This document shows, one piece after another, positions 63,641-64,000 of a DNA stretch of 64,000 bases. How positions within the stretch are numbered: the stretch's first letter is position 1; the number at the start of each line of letters is the position of its first letter. The stretch spans positions 8,000,001-8,064,000 of the forward strand of contig NC_087263.1 in NCBI RefSeq assembly GCF_037042905.1. Reading direction: 5' to 3'. The notes below the pieces were generated by a model. It did not search any database. It saw only the letters and a program-made list of their open reading frames with translations, and was not told where the DNA came from. The stretch comes from Lytechinus pictus. Lineage: Eukaryota. The translations under genes were made by a program, and so were the position numbers.

Positions 63641-64000
63641 TCCGATCTGAAAAAGTCAATTTCAGCTCTATATTTCAAGCAGTTTGAAGGAAAATTGTGA
63701 GGTGGATATGGCTCGAACTTAATAAAGAGCTGATATTTTTCATTATCATTACTTCAAGTTTTGACATTGGACCGGGACATCCTTAGGACCTATCATCATA
63801 TGAAAATGATGACTATCTTCATATTCCTCTTGCTAAGCGCAAGATGAAACAAAAGAGACAGTGTAATTATTAAATCTTATTTATTAATGCCTAATGAGAG
63901 TGAGAAATCTGATGATATTATGGCCTGAAAACTGGACATTTCAAGCACTTTTGTAATTAGGAATACGATACATCAGTTAATCTATTTTTAACCATTAATG

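Overview
AT-rich, intron-containing animal DNA. The repeat landscape and SRCR gene are compatible with a sea urchin or other marine invertebrate (inference). The left half holds an intact 13-exon MON1 gene (subunit of the Mon1-Ccz1 Rab7 GEF) on the minus strand, 34002->4152, 572 aa. All introns are GT-AG and all phases are consistent. The right half holds a dead PIF/Harbinger transposase fragment, a ~3 kb tandem duplication carrying two copies of a promoter plus signal-peptide exon, and an SRCR scavenger-receptor pseudogene. Its first domain has an in-frame TAA, and its second is split by a 2.9 kb inverted-repeat element whose removal restores the frame. The rest is a dense mosaic of MITEs, tRNA-derived SINEs, Helentron-like elements and micro/minisatellites. 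The most unusual structures are two long-TIR elements in tandem sharing a thrice-repeated 9-bp GGCCGGGCC site in MON1 intron 1, a MITE whose ends read outward as ATG plus splice donor, three locally duplicated MON1 splice junctions, and TACATGTA/TAGGCCTA micro-insertions. I found no convincing new multi-gene system. Superfamily assignments rest on termini and TSDs only.
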